This document shows, in pieces, positions 22,347 through 34,335 of a DNA stretch of 64,000 bases (its first letter is position 1; every line of letters begins with the position of its first letter). Origin of the DNA: Protoeuglena noctilucae (Eukaryota); NCBI GenBank assembly GCA_958009085.1, contig OY253671.1, positions 744,001 through 808,000 of the forward strand, read 5' to 3'. The notes under the pieces were generated by a model that saw only the letters and a list, made by a program, of their open reading frames with translations, ran no database searches and was not told the DNA's origin. The position numbers and the translations under genes are program-made.

Positions 22347-23077
22347 ATGCATGCTCGCCACGCCGTTCATCCCGACATTGACAGGGTGCTGTTCTCCGAG
22401 GAAGCAATAGAAGAGGCGTGCACACGCTTGGGGGCGGCCATCGCCGCGGACTACGCGACGAAAGAGCCGCTGCTCGTCGGAACGCTGTCGGGGTCCTACA
22501 TGTTTTTGGCTGAGCTGAGCAAGAGGGTGCAGCCGCTTCCACGGGGGCTCCAAATCGACTTCTGCAGGGCCAGTTCGTACGGGCACGGGACCGTGTCGTC
22601 GGGGACCGTAACCGTCGCTGAGCTCGGCACGCGCATGTCGTTCAAGGGGAGGCACGTGATCTTGGTCGAGGTGCCCACTGCTCCACCTTACTTGTGCGCG
22701 CAGAGGGCCGACAGTTTTGGTGAATGAGTCCCCGCCCTCGCCATGCAGGACATCGTGGACACGGGGACAACCCTCCTTGAGCTGATTCGGCGGGTGCAGG
22801 GCCAACAGGCTGCGTCAGGTGTGACTCTGATCCAAGGCCTCGCGGTCAGCCGGGCTGCACGTGCTGCAACACCCCCTCGCGGTCACCGCGGCTCGCAGTG
22901 GCGGTGTGCGCTCTGCTGGATAAGGCGTCGCGGCGTAAGGCGCCCATCCCGCCCCCTCTGTACGTCGGGTTCTCGTGCCCGGACGAGTTCGTGGTGGGCT
23001 TCGGCCTGGATTTTCAGGAGCTGTACCGGACCTTGCCTTACATCGGGGTGCTGAAAGAGAGCGTGTACTTGCAGTAG
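22347..23077 (+). CDS. HPRT: Hypoxanthine-guanine phosphoribosyltransferase
   Basis: [21 protein letters not shown]-binding [39 protein letters not shown]. Three exons. Confidence 0.95.
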
Positions 23078-23363
23078 CTGATGCAGGTAGCTGATGCAAG
23101 TATGATGCAGGTTCCCGGCCCTAAACCAGTTTTTCTGTTCCCAAGCGCCGTCAGGGGCTCCCACAATCTCTCTGCGCGACGACCTCGCGCTCCACAAGCG
23201 AGCCTCCTCAGCGTGTTGCATTAGCAGCTGATAGCCCACGTCCTGAGAAGGGTTTCCACGGCGGTCACGGCTTCAATCGCGCCTTGAATTGTCTCCCTTT
23301 TAGTTTGGTCGTCTTGTGGGCAGGATTCGGGCCTGAGCCGCCCGGAAGGCGGGCAGCTCCATC

Positions 23364-25528
23364 ATGGAGGGATTCTACCTCCTGCTGATCGTCCTGTCCA
23401 TCGCCGGGATCATGGGAGTGCAGATGACGCGGAAGCACGTGGCGTCCGCCGGCGACACGGCGTTTAAGGCGTTCAAGCGGAACTACGTGGTCGTCCTGTC
23501 CCTGGTGCCCTTGCGAGCCGGATGCCGCGGCAATTGCGATTCCTTTCGAGACGCGCGCTGTCCTGCCAACTTTGCGCGACACTAGCTGTCCATGGAGCGG
23601 CTGGTGGCGCGGGGTTCCCCGTCCAGCGGGATTTCGCGAGTTCCCATGGTACAGTTGCGTGGACCCCCGCGCGCCCCGCCCGCAGATGATGGCTGGGGAC
23701 TGGCTCCAGGGTCCGTATGTTTACAAGCTCTACGACCAGTACGGCTTCTCTCGCGGGGACATCGGCAAGCTCTTCATCGCGGGTAAGGGACGCCCGGGAG
23801 CTGTCTGCTCGCCCCTTCCGAATGCGGGGGCGCGGGCGATCAATTTGCCGGACCCTGCATGCAGGCTTCGGGGCGTCGCTCCTCATCGGGACCTTCGTGG
23901 GCTCGCTGGCGGACCGCCTCGGCCGCAAGTTCATGGCGGGCGCGTATGTCCTCACCTACTCCCTCTCTTGCCTGACCAAGCACTCCAGCGGCTTCCGCGT
24001 CCTCCTCGTCGGTCGCATCCTCGGTGGCACCGCTACCTCTCTGCTCTTCTCCGTCTTCGAGTCCTGGGTCGTCGCCGAGCACAGGACCGTGCCGGCCCAC
24101 GTCCGCGGCCCTGCCTGCGCGCCTGGCCCGCGCCCCGAGTCCCACCGATCCTCCCGCTCGGCGCTCGCAGGAAGCGCCGATTCAACGACGGCCTGCTGGG
24201 CGAGGTCTTTGCAGCCGCGTCCTTCTTTGGCAGCGGGGTGGCCGCCATCGGCTCCGGCCTCGTGGCGTCGTTTTTGGTCGAGACGCTGCACCTCGGGACC
24301 GTGGCGCCCTTCGACCTGGCCATCCTCGTCCTCCTCGCCGGCTGGGTGCTCATCCTCGGCACGTGGGAGGAGAACTACGGGGAGCGTGACCCGGGGGCCA
24401 AGCCCAAGTACGTGCTGGTGTCGGATGCAGACGGGAGCACGGCCGTCGGGGCGCCGGCGCCCGAGGGCCGCGGCCAGGCCCAGGCTGGCCTCGCCGCGCT
24501 CACGGGGCACGTCGTGAGGGCCGCGCAGGTGGTCCTCAGGGACCGCAAGGTCGCGGCACTGGGCGCTTGCCAAGCGCTGTTCGAAGGCGAGTGCCTCGCG
24601 CGGGGTCGCGGACATCGCTGGACGCCAATCTCCGGGGCGGACAATTGGGCAGCCGTCACCCGCCTTGCGTCGCAGTGTGTGCCGGTGCATGCATCTGGGC
24701 ACACAAGACCCGACCCAACCCACCGCGTTCGCCGCTTCCGCGCAGGGGCCATGTATTGCTTCGTCTTCCTCTGGACTCCGGCCCTGGAGGCCCCCGCCAG
24801 CGCGGTCCCGGCGGTCATCCCCCACGGCACGATCTTTGCGTGCTTCATGTGCTGCTCCATGGTCGGCTCGTCGCTTGCCGAGGGCCTCCTTGAGTCCGCC
24901 GACACATCCAAGCAAGAGCTGCGGCGCTCTGCCCTGCCTGGTCGCGAACGGCCCCGTGCATCGCACCTGCGTGAGTGTCCGCGCCCGCCCGCCTGCCCGC
25001 AGAGTGCTTCAGACGGTGTTCGGCGTGGCTTCCACCGTCCTGGGAGCCCCCACCGTGATCTCGTGGCTCCTGAGCGGCCCCCTGACTCAGCCGGGGTCTG
25101 GCGTGCTTGTCGCCCCTGATGGCATGTCCCTGGCGGCCCAGGTCACCATGCTCGCGTTCCTCATCTACGAAGCCACCGTGGGCATCTTCTGGCCCGCCAT
25201 GATGAAGATGCGAGCCCAGGTGCGGCGGGAGCCGGCGTGTCTAACACTGTCGGACCAGACTTGGGGGGCGTGATGGCGAAGATGTCGGACGTTCCGCCGC
25301 TCCCAACCCCCGCAGCACGTTCCCGAGGAGGTCCGCTCGGCCGTCATCAACCTCTTCCGCATGCCCGTCAATCTGTTCGTCTGTGTGGTCCTCTTCAAGT
25401 CTGGGGAGCTGCCCATCAACACCACGTTCTCGCTCTGCTCGCTCATGGTGGGCGCGGGGGTGCTCTTGCTCCGCGTGCTGCTGCAGCCTGCAGCCGCGCG
25501 GCCCGGCGCAGATGATGACGGCCGGTGA
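23364..25528 (+). CDS. MOT2: Molybdate-anion transporter (MOT2/MFSD5, DUF791) MFS protein
   Basis: MMAGDWLQGPYVYKLY..YGF, LFIAGFG, GSLADRLGRK, GRILGG.ATSLLFSVFESW, LFEGAMYCFVFLWTPAL, IPHGTIFACFM, VPEEVRSAVINLFRMPVN. Confidence 0.92.
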
Positions 25529-25700
25529 CACCACACAGCGCCCGGCCCGGGCTTGCTGAGGCGGCCGCACGTCGCGTCCCTTTCAACGTCAGCTGAGTTC
25601 TTGGGTGCTTGCGCGATCAGTCATCGTCTGGCACATCGACGGTGCGTCTGCCGCATCCCATCCCGACAAGTGCGTGGGTGGCGCGTCCGATACGCCCGAC

Positions 25701-27449
25701 TCAGGGGTTCAGGGCCCGCCAGCAGGCGATCCAGTCCTCCATGCCGTCCGCCAGGCGCATGAAGTACTCGTCCACCTTGCTGAGCTTGGCGCGCACCTGC
25801 TCGGCCAGCTCCAGGTAGCACGAAATGGCGTCCACGGCACGTTCGGAGAAGCGCACCTGCAAGACAGCACGGGATGCGAGCTTTCCTGTTGTGGATCCTA
25901 GACAGTCTGCATGGACTGGGGAAGGGACGCACAGGCACCGGCACCCGCCCTGCCTTCGCCGACCACCCACCGCCCCAACCAGCACGCGACCAGCACGCAA
26001 CGCCTCGCCACCCCACGCACCTGCTGGAAGAAGGGGATGATCTCCTCCTGCCAGAAGATGCCCTTGTACTCCTTGCGGAGGTTGTTGAAGGGGTTGGAGG
26101 CCTTGGAGTGCCACAGGTACGGTTTGCCGCTCTTGACACCGTACCCCAGGTGGTCGCACACCACCTTGACGCACCAGCCGGCCCACATGTCGTCGTAGCG
26201 GCCGATGGGCTGGCCGTCGCCCATGAGCCCGAAGTACATGCACGGCCCGATGAGGTCCCTGCATTGGGCAAACAGACAGGGTTCTGACGTCAAACCCTTG
26301 CATGGCCATCGCCGGCCACCTTGCCAGCCCAACACTGTCGCCGGGCCAGTCATCACGGCGCAGGGATCGGCCGCCGCAGCCTCGCACCTGTTGAAGGCCA
26401 GGTTCATGCCGCACATGGGCATGAGGGTCCCCTTGGGCACGGTCATGACGCAGTCCACGTAACGCGTGTTGCGCTCGAGGGGCTTGACCATTTGCGTGGG
26501 GGCGTCGTAGTCGGGGATGTTGAGCCACAACCTGCAGCGGCGGAGGGCGCGGCCAGACTCGCTCAGACCCGCCCGCTCGGACCAAGCGCTGGCGCCGCGC
26601 TGGCAGCGCCACGGGCGGCCAAGTCGGGTGCTGTGCTGCCCGGGCCGCACCCGTGGGAGACGGCCGTGGGGACGCCCTCGCGCAGGGAGAAGGGGTAGCC
26701 GCGGACGAAGTCGGCCCCCTCGGCGAAGGGGTCGTACAGGGTGTTGAAGTAGTACGGGGTCGCGGGCGTGAGGAGGTTGATCATGTGCTGCCGCAGCACG
26801 TTGATGTCGTTGCCGGAGGGGTCTTTGGCGACCCAGCAGTCGTCGTCGATCGTGAAGATGAAGCGCTTCTTGGACATGAGGAAGCCGAAGCAGCGGCAGG
26901 CCGAGTCCTTGAAGGAGATGCAGCTGGCCTTGTCGCCGAGGATCTTCTCGATGTCCGGTCGCTTGTAGAGCTCGTAGTCGAAGCCATCGGGCACGCGGAG
27001 GGGCCGCGCGGGGTCGCCGTCCTGCACAGGCGGGGCGTGCTCTGCGACATGACAATGCCAGGCTGGCCGCGAGTGCGGCGTTCAGCCGCGCGCGCGTCCC
27101 AATCGCGACGCAGCAATTCGATTTCTGGTGTGAAAGCCAAGGGATGGGATGCCAGGGGCCTCGCAAGGCGGCGTCCCAATCGCGCAGCTGCCGTTCCCGG
27201 GCGCAGGCTGCACCGAGCGGCCGCGCGTCCAGACCGTCATCCAGCGTCTCGGACGGCTCCCGCAGTCCATCTGCATTGCATGGACGCTGAACCGCGAGCC
27301 GCACCGCCGTACCTGGATCACGATATCAGGTGGAAGGGCTGGAAGAAGGGCCGCCACTGCTCGAGGAAGTCCAGATCCCGGATCGTCGGGATGACGATGT
27401 CGACCTGGTCATACAGCTCCTCCAACTTGACAATCGGCGGCGAGACCAT
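25701..27449 (-). CDS. RGP: Reversibly glycosylated polypeptide / UDP-arabinopyranose mutase (GT75)
   Basis: [109 protein letters not shown]. Confidence 0.97.
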
Positions 27450-27816
27450 TTTTAGGCGGCGGGGTGCGCCACCGGGCCAGGGAGGCCAGGGAGCGTGGGC
27501 AGCAGGCCAAAACTCAGCACGATCCCCAGTGCGATGACGACGCCGGCGACAAGAGACACAGTGCTGACAGAACGTGGCACGCCACGAACGAGGCGCGGAG
27601 AGCAGGCCGCGCGGCGATCCTGGATCTGGCGCGCGGCATGCCAGCACGCATGAGGCCGCGGGGCTCCCACGAAGGCGATCAGCCCACCTTGGATCTCCAC
27701 ACGTCACTTTTACCTGCGCAGGTCGCGCTGACGGCGACTTGGCCGCGCATGGCTCGTCCCGGACGGTTGCGGGGATGCCAGGGCGGGCCGTGCGGGCGGG
27801 CAGCCCGTGGGAACTC

Positions 27817-29612
27817 ATGACGCTGGCGAATGTCATCCGCGCCATGCTCCTGCTGACCTTTCTTGGACTCTGTGCCATCCTGTACCTTTTCCATCACCCC
27901 ATTGACGACGGGACGTCGATTGTCCTCGAGTCGGAGCGCATGCGCAGCGTGATAAGGGCCGATGCGAACTCACAGCGACAGCGATGCAAGGCCAAGTATG
28001 ACACGATCGAGGGGGACCTGCTGCTGGAGAGTATGCAGGTGAGATAAGCACATGAAAGCCAGCTCCCCGCTCCTTGTCACATTGGCGATCCTATTCAGCC
28101 TTTCCGCACTGCAACGCCCCAGAACGAGCGCGTGTTCATCGCTGCGCTGCTGCGGAACAACGAGGCCATCATGGAGACGTGGATTGCCGAGCTGCTGCAC
28201 CTCATCACCGACCTCGGGCGGGAGAAGGTCTTTGTGTCCATCGTCGAGAACGACAGCCGCGACGGAACGCGGCAGGCGCTGCGTGACCTCGACGTGACGC
28301 TGCGGCGGTACAACATCGCCCACAGGATTCTCCTGGACGACGAGACGGTGCAGCCTCGCTACCGCCAGGGCGACCGGCGCCAGGCGAGTGCTGGGAGCCC
28401 CTGCAGTGGAGCACAGCAGTGGTGCAAGATGCGTCTCCCCGGGGAGCACAGCAGTGGTGCACTTTGCGTGTCCTGGGCCGTCGACCTCCTCTCGGCTTAG
28501 GCCCAGGCCTCCCTGACCTCTCCCCAGGGCTTTCGCGTCGAGTACCTGGCCAAGTTAAGGAACCTGGCGTTGGAGCCCCTGTACGCGACTGCAGAGCACC
28601 CCACGCTGGACAAGTTCACGCGCGTGGTGTTCCTCAACGACGTGCTGTACTGCAAGGAGGACATCCTGAAGCTCCTGTGGCACGGGGCTGACATGGCGTG
28701 CGGGTACGACTACTCCGGGTCCGACTTCGGCACCACCTTCTACGACGCCTGGGTGTTCAGCCCGGGGAACTACACCGTGCGGGACGAGGAGCGGCTGATG
28801 ATCCCGCCGACGGGTGAGCGGGCACGCATAAAGAGGGGGACAGGACTGCTGATCCCTCCAGTGTTGGGATACCACATGGAAAGCGATTGCCGACCCCGAC
28901 AAGTAGCATCGGCGGTGCCTGGAAAACCTCCCTGCTCGTGCACGCAGAGGCCCAGCAGATGTTCCGGCGGTGTCCCCCGGCCCCCGCGTCGTGCCAGGCC
29001 AAGCAGAAGGAGCCGCGGCAGGTCTTCTGCTGCTGGAACGGCGCCGCGGTCATGAAGGCGTGGCCCTTCTACGCCGGGGTGCGCTTCCGATGGGGTATGC
29101 CCTTCCGCACGTGCCAGAACTCGGAGTGCTCCCAGCTGTGCCTCGACTTCCACAAGCTGGGCGCACACAACATCCTGGCGGACCCCACGGTCCAGGTCAG
29201 CACCCGCCGGGCAGCCGAGGGCCAGGGTGGCTGCGGAGGCAACCGATAGACCCCCTGTGGCATCAGGGGGTTGGATGGCCAGCCGTGACAGGCAGAACCC
29301 CCATTTGCTGTCCCGCAGTTCGCGTACAACTACAGAGACTATCACTCGGTGTTTCGGAACAACGTGGAGGGGTACCGTCTGGCTTCCGTGAAGGCCCCCG
29401 ACTGGGACCCGAAGTGGCCCGAGACGTGGAGGTGCTGCGAGCTGACGGGGGCCGGCCAGCACTATGTGGACCTCGTCAACTGCCGGCTCGAGTTCCTGGA
29501 GCAGTACCAGTGCCCACCCGCGTTGCCGCCCCGCGGGTGCCTCAACTACGAGAACATTTACCCTCAGGGGTACGTGTCGCTCGACCCAAGGACCTGGGGG
29601 TCCCACGGCTAG
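27817..29612 (+). CDS. CAP59/GT69-like (cryptococcal mannosyltransferase 1-like) type II membrane glycosyltransferase
   Basis: N-terminal [84 protein letters not shown]. Confidence 0.88.
28408..28461. repeat. 19-bp direct repeat GGAGCACAGCAGTGGTGCA (2 copies) inside an intron
   Basis: Copies at 28408-28426 and 28443-28461. Confidence 0.85.
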
Positions 29613-29896
29613 ACGTGCTTTGACGACTTTGCCGTGGTAGGGGAGCACCTGCGTGTTTGTGATCGCTGGCGCCTTGGCGAGGGTGGAGTAGTTGCTAGCT
29701 GTGCTGGGATAGGGGGGAAATCTAGGAGGGTGGGGAAACTTGGGGTTTAGCCTAGGGTTGCGCAGGTGCCGTACCCGTGTGATTAGAGTCCAAGTGAAGG
29801 TCTAGTAGCCAGCTGTCACCCAGCCATCACCCTGTCCCAGGGCCGTCCCCGTGCAATCGGGAAAAGCAGCTTTGTCCCGCCCGCCCCTTGCGCAGG

Positions 29897-31275
29897 ATGC
29901 CTAGCGCCGTCTGGGCGTCTCGGCTGCAGCGTCCCGTCCCTGTCTCGTTGCATCAAGCAGTGCAGCTCAGTGATCGTCTCCTTGGCCCGCGGACGAGCCC
30001 GCGGGAAGCGCGGCACGTGTTGGGGCCCGGTGGGAACAGGCTTTCAACCAAGGCAGGGGCGGTCGGTGACGGCCGTTCAGTCCTGACCGATGGTGCATTC
30101 CTAAATCACGCGCTGCAATCGGTGAGCGAGCGCGCGGTGTCACTGTTGGCTCGCTGCGCCCATGTGCATGGGATTCGATGTCCCCGAAGCTGAGATCTGC
30201 ACCTGCATCTGCATTTGTGTATCGTGTGCAGGGCTGCAATCTGACGGAGGTTGCTCACGCGCTATGGGCGCCTTACTTGCGCCGAGGAGCCGTGGCTGTG
30301 GACGCGACGGGTGGCAGGTGGAAAGCAGCGCCTTGTCGTGTCTCCGCGCCACCGATTGGCACACGAGCCGCCGCAAATGGTTCTTCTCATTATACTCCTC
30401 TCAGGGGACTCGACGCATTGTTCATCGCTCGGACCATCGGCGCCGATGGATGCCTGACCGTGTACGACATTCAGGAGGAGGCCATCCGAGGTGAGCTCTG
30501 GGATCCGCACCCCGAACTAGTGCTGAGCGTGGCAAAGCAGCGCTGCAGTCGAGTGCCGGCGTGTACTCGCACCGCGCAGACACCAAGGCGCGGCTGGAGT
30601 CGTCGCTGGCGGAGGAGGAGCGGCCACGGCTAATGATGCGATGCAAGTGTCACTCGAGGATGCTAGAAGGCAAGCCGTTTCGCTACCTGGAGTGCTGCCA
30701 GCGCCGATGGCCTCGCGTCTGCGCGAGTGGCCTCCTGCAAATGCCTCCTCCTCCCTGCCGCAGATGTCGCTCCCCGCTCCGTAGATTTGACGTGTTTTAA
30801 TCTGGGGTACCTGCCCCGTGGCGACAAGTCCATCCGCACGCGCGAAGAGACCTCCACGGTGCGGCATGCTCACCCTGGCACAGGTGCCACGAGCTGCCAC
30901 GGCACTGCATGGCAACTCCGACACGACTGCCGCCATCCCCGCAGGCGGCGGTGCTTGCGGCCTGCCAGGCGGTCAAGCCGGGGGGCGCCGTCAGCGTCAT
31001 GTGCTACGTGGGCCACGAGGGTGGGCCCGAGGAGTACCACGGCGTGCGGTGAGTGCCACGCATGGTCTGCTGCAACAGCCCACGCCATGTCCTGCCATGC
31101 CATGCGAATCCGGCTCAGCAAGGCCCCTGCATCGCGTCGCAGTGAGGCCATTCAGTCCCTGAGTCCCCAAGAGTTCACGTGCCTGGAGCTGACCCTGACC
31201 AACCGCCCCACGGCGCCCATCCTCACGCTGGTGGCGTTCAACGGCGACGGAGGGCGCCCCAAGAACGGGCCGTAG
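29897..31275 (+). CDS. YtqB/MnmM-like putative rRNA/tRNA SAM-dependent methyltransferase, probably organelle-targeted
   Basis: AVDATGGRGLDALF, VYDIQEEAI, CH, FNLGYLPRGDKSI.T, GGAVSVMCYVGHEGGPEE, NRPTAPIL. N-terminal extension resembles a transit peptide. Confidence 0.85.
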
Positions 31276-31448
31276 GAACGGGCTTGCAGGGAAGTGTAGG
31301 TTTTTTCAGCAAAGTCTAGGGTAAACATATCATGGATCTCTCATTCAGTCCAGGTCCTTGTGCCACACCCCCTTGAGCCTCCCTCCCCACTGCGTGCAAA
31401 GAGAGCGTTTCGCTGAGTTTGCCCACTGAGCTTTCTTATCAGCCTGGA

Positions 31449-34056
31449 TCAGCCATGGCTTCCGCCGCTCACGGTGAACCTGCCGACACCCCTCCCAAAC
31501 GTCACAGCTCCCTTCTCCAGTTGCATCTGACGCTGCTCGGGGGTCAAATCCGAGCTCCCCTTCCACGAGGGCTCCTCCCAGTAAAAGTCGCCCTGCGTGC
31601 GCTGCCGGTGGATCGACTGTTGCAAATTGCATGTCGCATGAGCATAGATGCGGTGCATCAGATCCATTGGAGCTGCCAAGCACAGGGGGTCAGTCACATG
31701 CGCCGGCCTTGCCTCGGAAGACGCCTCGATTACCCTGGCGCTGGCTCTCTTGCTGGCCCACGGCAGGAGCTTGGCTGGCGGCCGCGGGACCTTCTTGGCA
31801 GCGAGGAGCCAGTGCGTCACGACGTCCTGTGTGGGGGAGTGTTCGCGGTGGTTGGCAAAGAGGAACGAACGAGTCCCCAGAAAGCGTGACGACGCTTGTT
31901 TGCTTGCAGTGATCACCTGCGCGCTCGGGACCCCCCGGGCGGGTGCAGGAGGCGGGCCTGCGACGGCCCCCTTGCTGGACGGCTCCCGCTCGTGCTCCGT
32001 CGTGCGCGGCATGCTCATGATCTGCCGCAGCTTCTCCACCAGCTCCTTCCCCGTCAGCTTCGGCAGCGTTTGGAGCTCCGCGGGCGGCCGCAGCTCCACC
32101 CTGCACGCAGGTGGCAAGTGCTCTCTCGCAAATCCATCCACACTGACGCCAACTGCGGTCCAGACCTCGTCACCACCCCCACCGCCTCACCTGTGTTCGG
32201 ATCGCAGGCCTAGGGCCTTCCAATCCACCGCCTTCTGCTCCACCGGCACCTCGTCGCTCTGATCCATGAGCACGTAGCCCCCGAGCCTTCGCAGGCTCTC
32301 CGGCGGCTGCACGGGAGCCGGCTTCGCCACGACCGCGCCCCCCGCGCTCTTCCTGGAGGTCCGCCAGTCCCCCGCATGCGCGGGCGCCGTCGCGCCCTCC
32401 GGCACGGACGCGCGCGGGGAGCGCCGACTGCGCGGCGTCACGGCCGGCAGGCCCTTGGCGCCCGGCTGCTGCTCCTTGGATATCCTCGGCTCAAAGGCGC
32501 TCTCCGCCAGCATCCCCATCCACCGCTGCTCCGCCAGGGACATCTGGCTCCGGTCCCGGAACGCTACGCTGTTGTGGTAGGTGCTCGTCTTGGCCGCCAC
32601 CGCGCCCCGCAACGCTGAGGCGCCCAGCCTGCCGCGGCGGGGGGGCTCGGGCGGCCGCAGCGGCTCCGGCCCCGCGGGCCGCATCTCCTTGGCCTCTCGC
32701 ACCCACGTCATCTTGTGCGCCGCCAGCCGCGAGGACGCGCGCGACTGCTCCGCCACCGACACGCGGTCCGTGCCGCTGCCCTCCACCTGCCCCAGCCGCG
32801 CCGCCGCATGCACCACCGAGTGCGTGTGCGCGCGGTTCACCTCGAACCGCCCCGCACGCGAGAAGCTCCGCTCCGGCGACAGGCCGTGCGCGCCCAGGGC
32901 GTCCACGGCCGACCGCGCCCGCTGGGGCGACGCCGAGTGCCCACGCACCGCCACCCTGACGTACGGGAGGAAGGGAGCGTGCGCGGGCGGCTCTTCGAGT
33001 CCCACTGGCGCGCCTGGGATGCTCGCCGAGGCATGGGACTCGGGCAGGGACGACCACGACGCCACCGCGTCCAACGGCGGATGCACGACCTCCCCGGGAG
33101 GGGCAGCCGCGGCCACCTCATCCAGAAGCGATGACTGCTCCTGCGGTACGAGAGCGAACGGCGCACGCGTCGTGTGCCCTGCAGCCAGCATGGGCCCGGC
33201 GAGGTCGTGTGAGCTGCCACCACCCACGCTCACCTCTAGTAGGTTCGGGAGTACGCTCTCTGATATCTCGACCGCCTGGGTCGCCCCTCCCACGAAGTGA
33301 GCGTCGCGTGGGCGCCCAGGCAGCTTCGCAAGGACAGCGTTGGAGGGCCCGGCGGGCCGCCGCAGCGCCGAGTGGGTGACCCGGCGGTAGGCCGGCGGGG
33401 TCTGGTCCCGCGGCACGACCACAGAGACCGCGTCCTCCACGGAGTCTCTGGCGCGGCGCAGGCCGGCCGGTGGCGTGGACGGCGCGGCATCGCGATAAAG
33501 GTCCCGAATGAGGAGGTCCCGAATGAGGAGGACGTCCGTGCCCGGCACGCCCTGCAGAGTGCCAAGTGGGGCTCTCGTCACGCGGTGCGCGGGGAGACGT
33601 GCGCTGAAACGCGTGAGTGGACCAGACCGTCACCTTGGCGCTGCTGGGCCGGAAGGGTCGCTGTGGGAAGGGCTTGAGCGGGGAGTTTTTGGTCGGGGAC
33701 ACGTCACGTGCACGGCTGGGAGACTCGTCGGGCGGCGAGAGCTCAGCGCTAGACATGTGGCCACGCACGCGAGCGTCTAACTGCTCGTCCGCATCGGGAA
33801 GCGCCTGCGGTAGTGCGGCGTCCTCTCGCGGAGCTGGGGACGTGGGACCACGCTCCACAGGGCTCGGTGCCGACCCGGAGGCCACGCGCGGGGAAACCCG
33901 GGGTCTTCCGAACTTGACATCCTGCAGCTCCGTCGGTGTCACGGGGACGGAAACCTCGAAATGGATTGGCCCGGAGGCCCGAACCGCACGCATTGATGCG
34001 GACGAGGCCCCGCGAGGCTCGACGCGCGGCTCCATCCCAGCCAGCGCTCGTGTCAT
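31449..34056 (-). CDS. Hypothetical low-complexity (Pro/Ala/Ser/Arg-rich) multi-exon protein
   Basis: Long ORFs 33118-34056, 32187-33581 and 31449-32141 connect through plausible GT-AG junctions. No family recognised; start uncertain. Confidence 0.5.
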
Positions 34057-34335
34057 GGCAATGAAGGTTTGGAGCCGCCGGGGCTAGGCGCGGGCGAGGC
34101 CAGTCCGCGCAGTCCGCGCATTATGCCCGGTCTACTTCACATGCAAAGAGATGTGGCAAGGACCTTGACTACGCAAAGCAGCGATGTCCCGCCAAACCTT
34201 TGGTTGCAGCCCGTAGAGCTTTTGCCGACAAGGCTGTCCACCCGGGCCGGGCTCCTGCCAGACCCTACCAGTGAGCGCTTGTTCTCGCATTTCAACGCAG
34301 ATATGCTCGAATGTGCATCGGCGCCGGGTCATCCG

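Noticed and set aside
23071..23112. Short tandem repeat (GTAGCTGATGCAG-like) at the HPRT stop codon
   Set aside because: About three degenerate 13-mers; simple slippage, not a CRISPR-like array.
29710..29760. Telomere- or telo-box-like G-rich motifs
   Set aside because: No exact or tandem TTTAGGG units.
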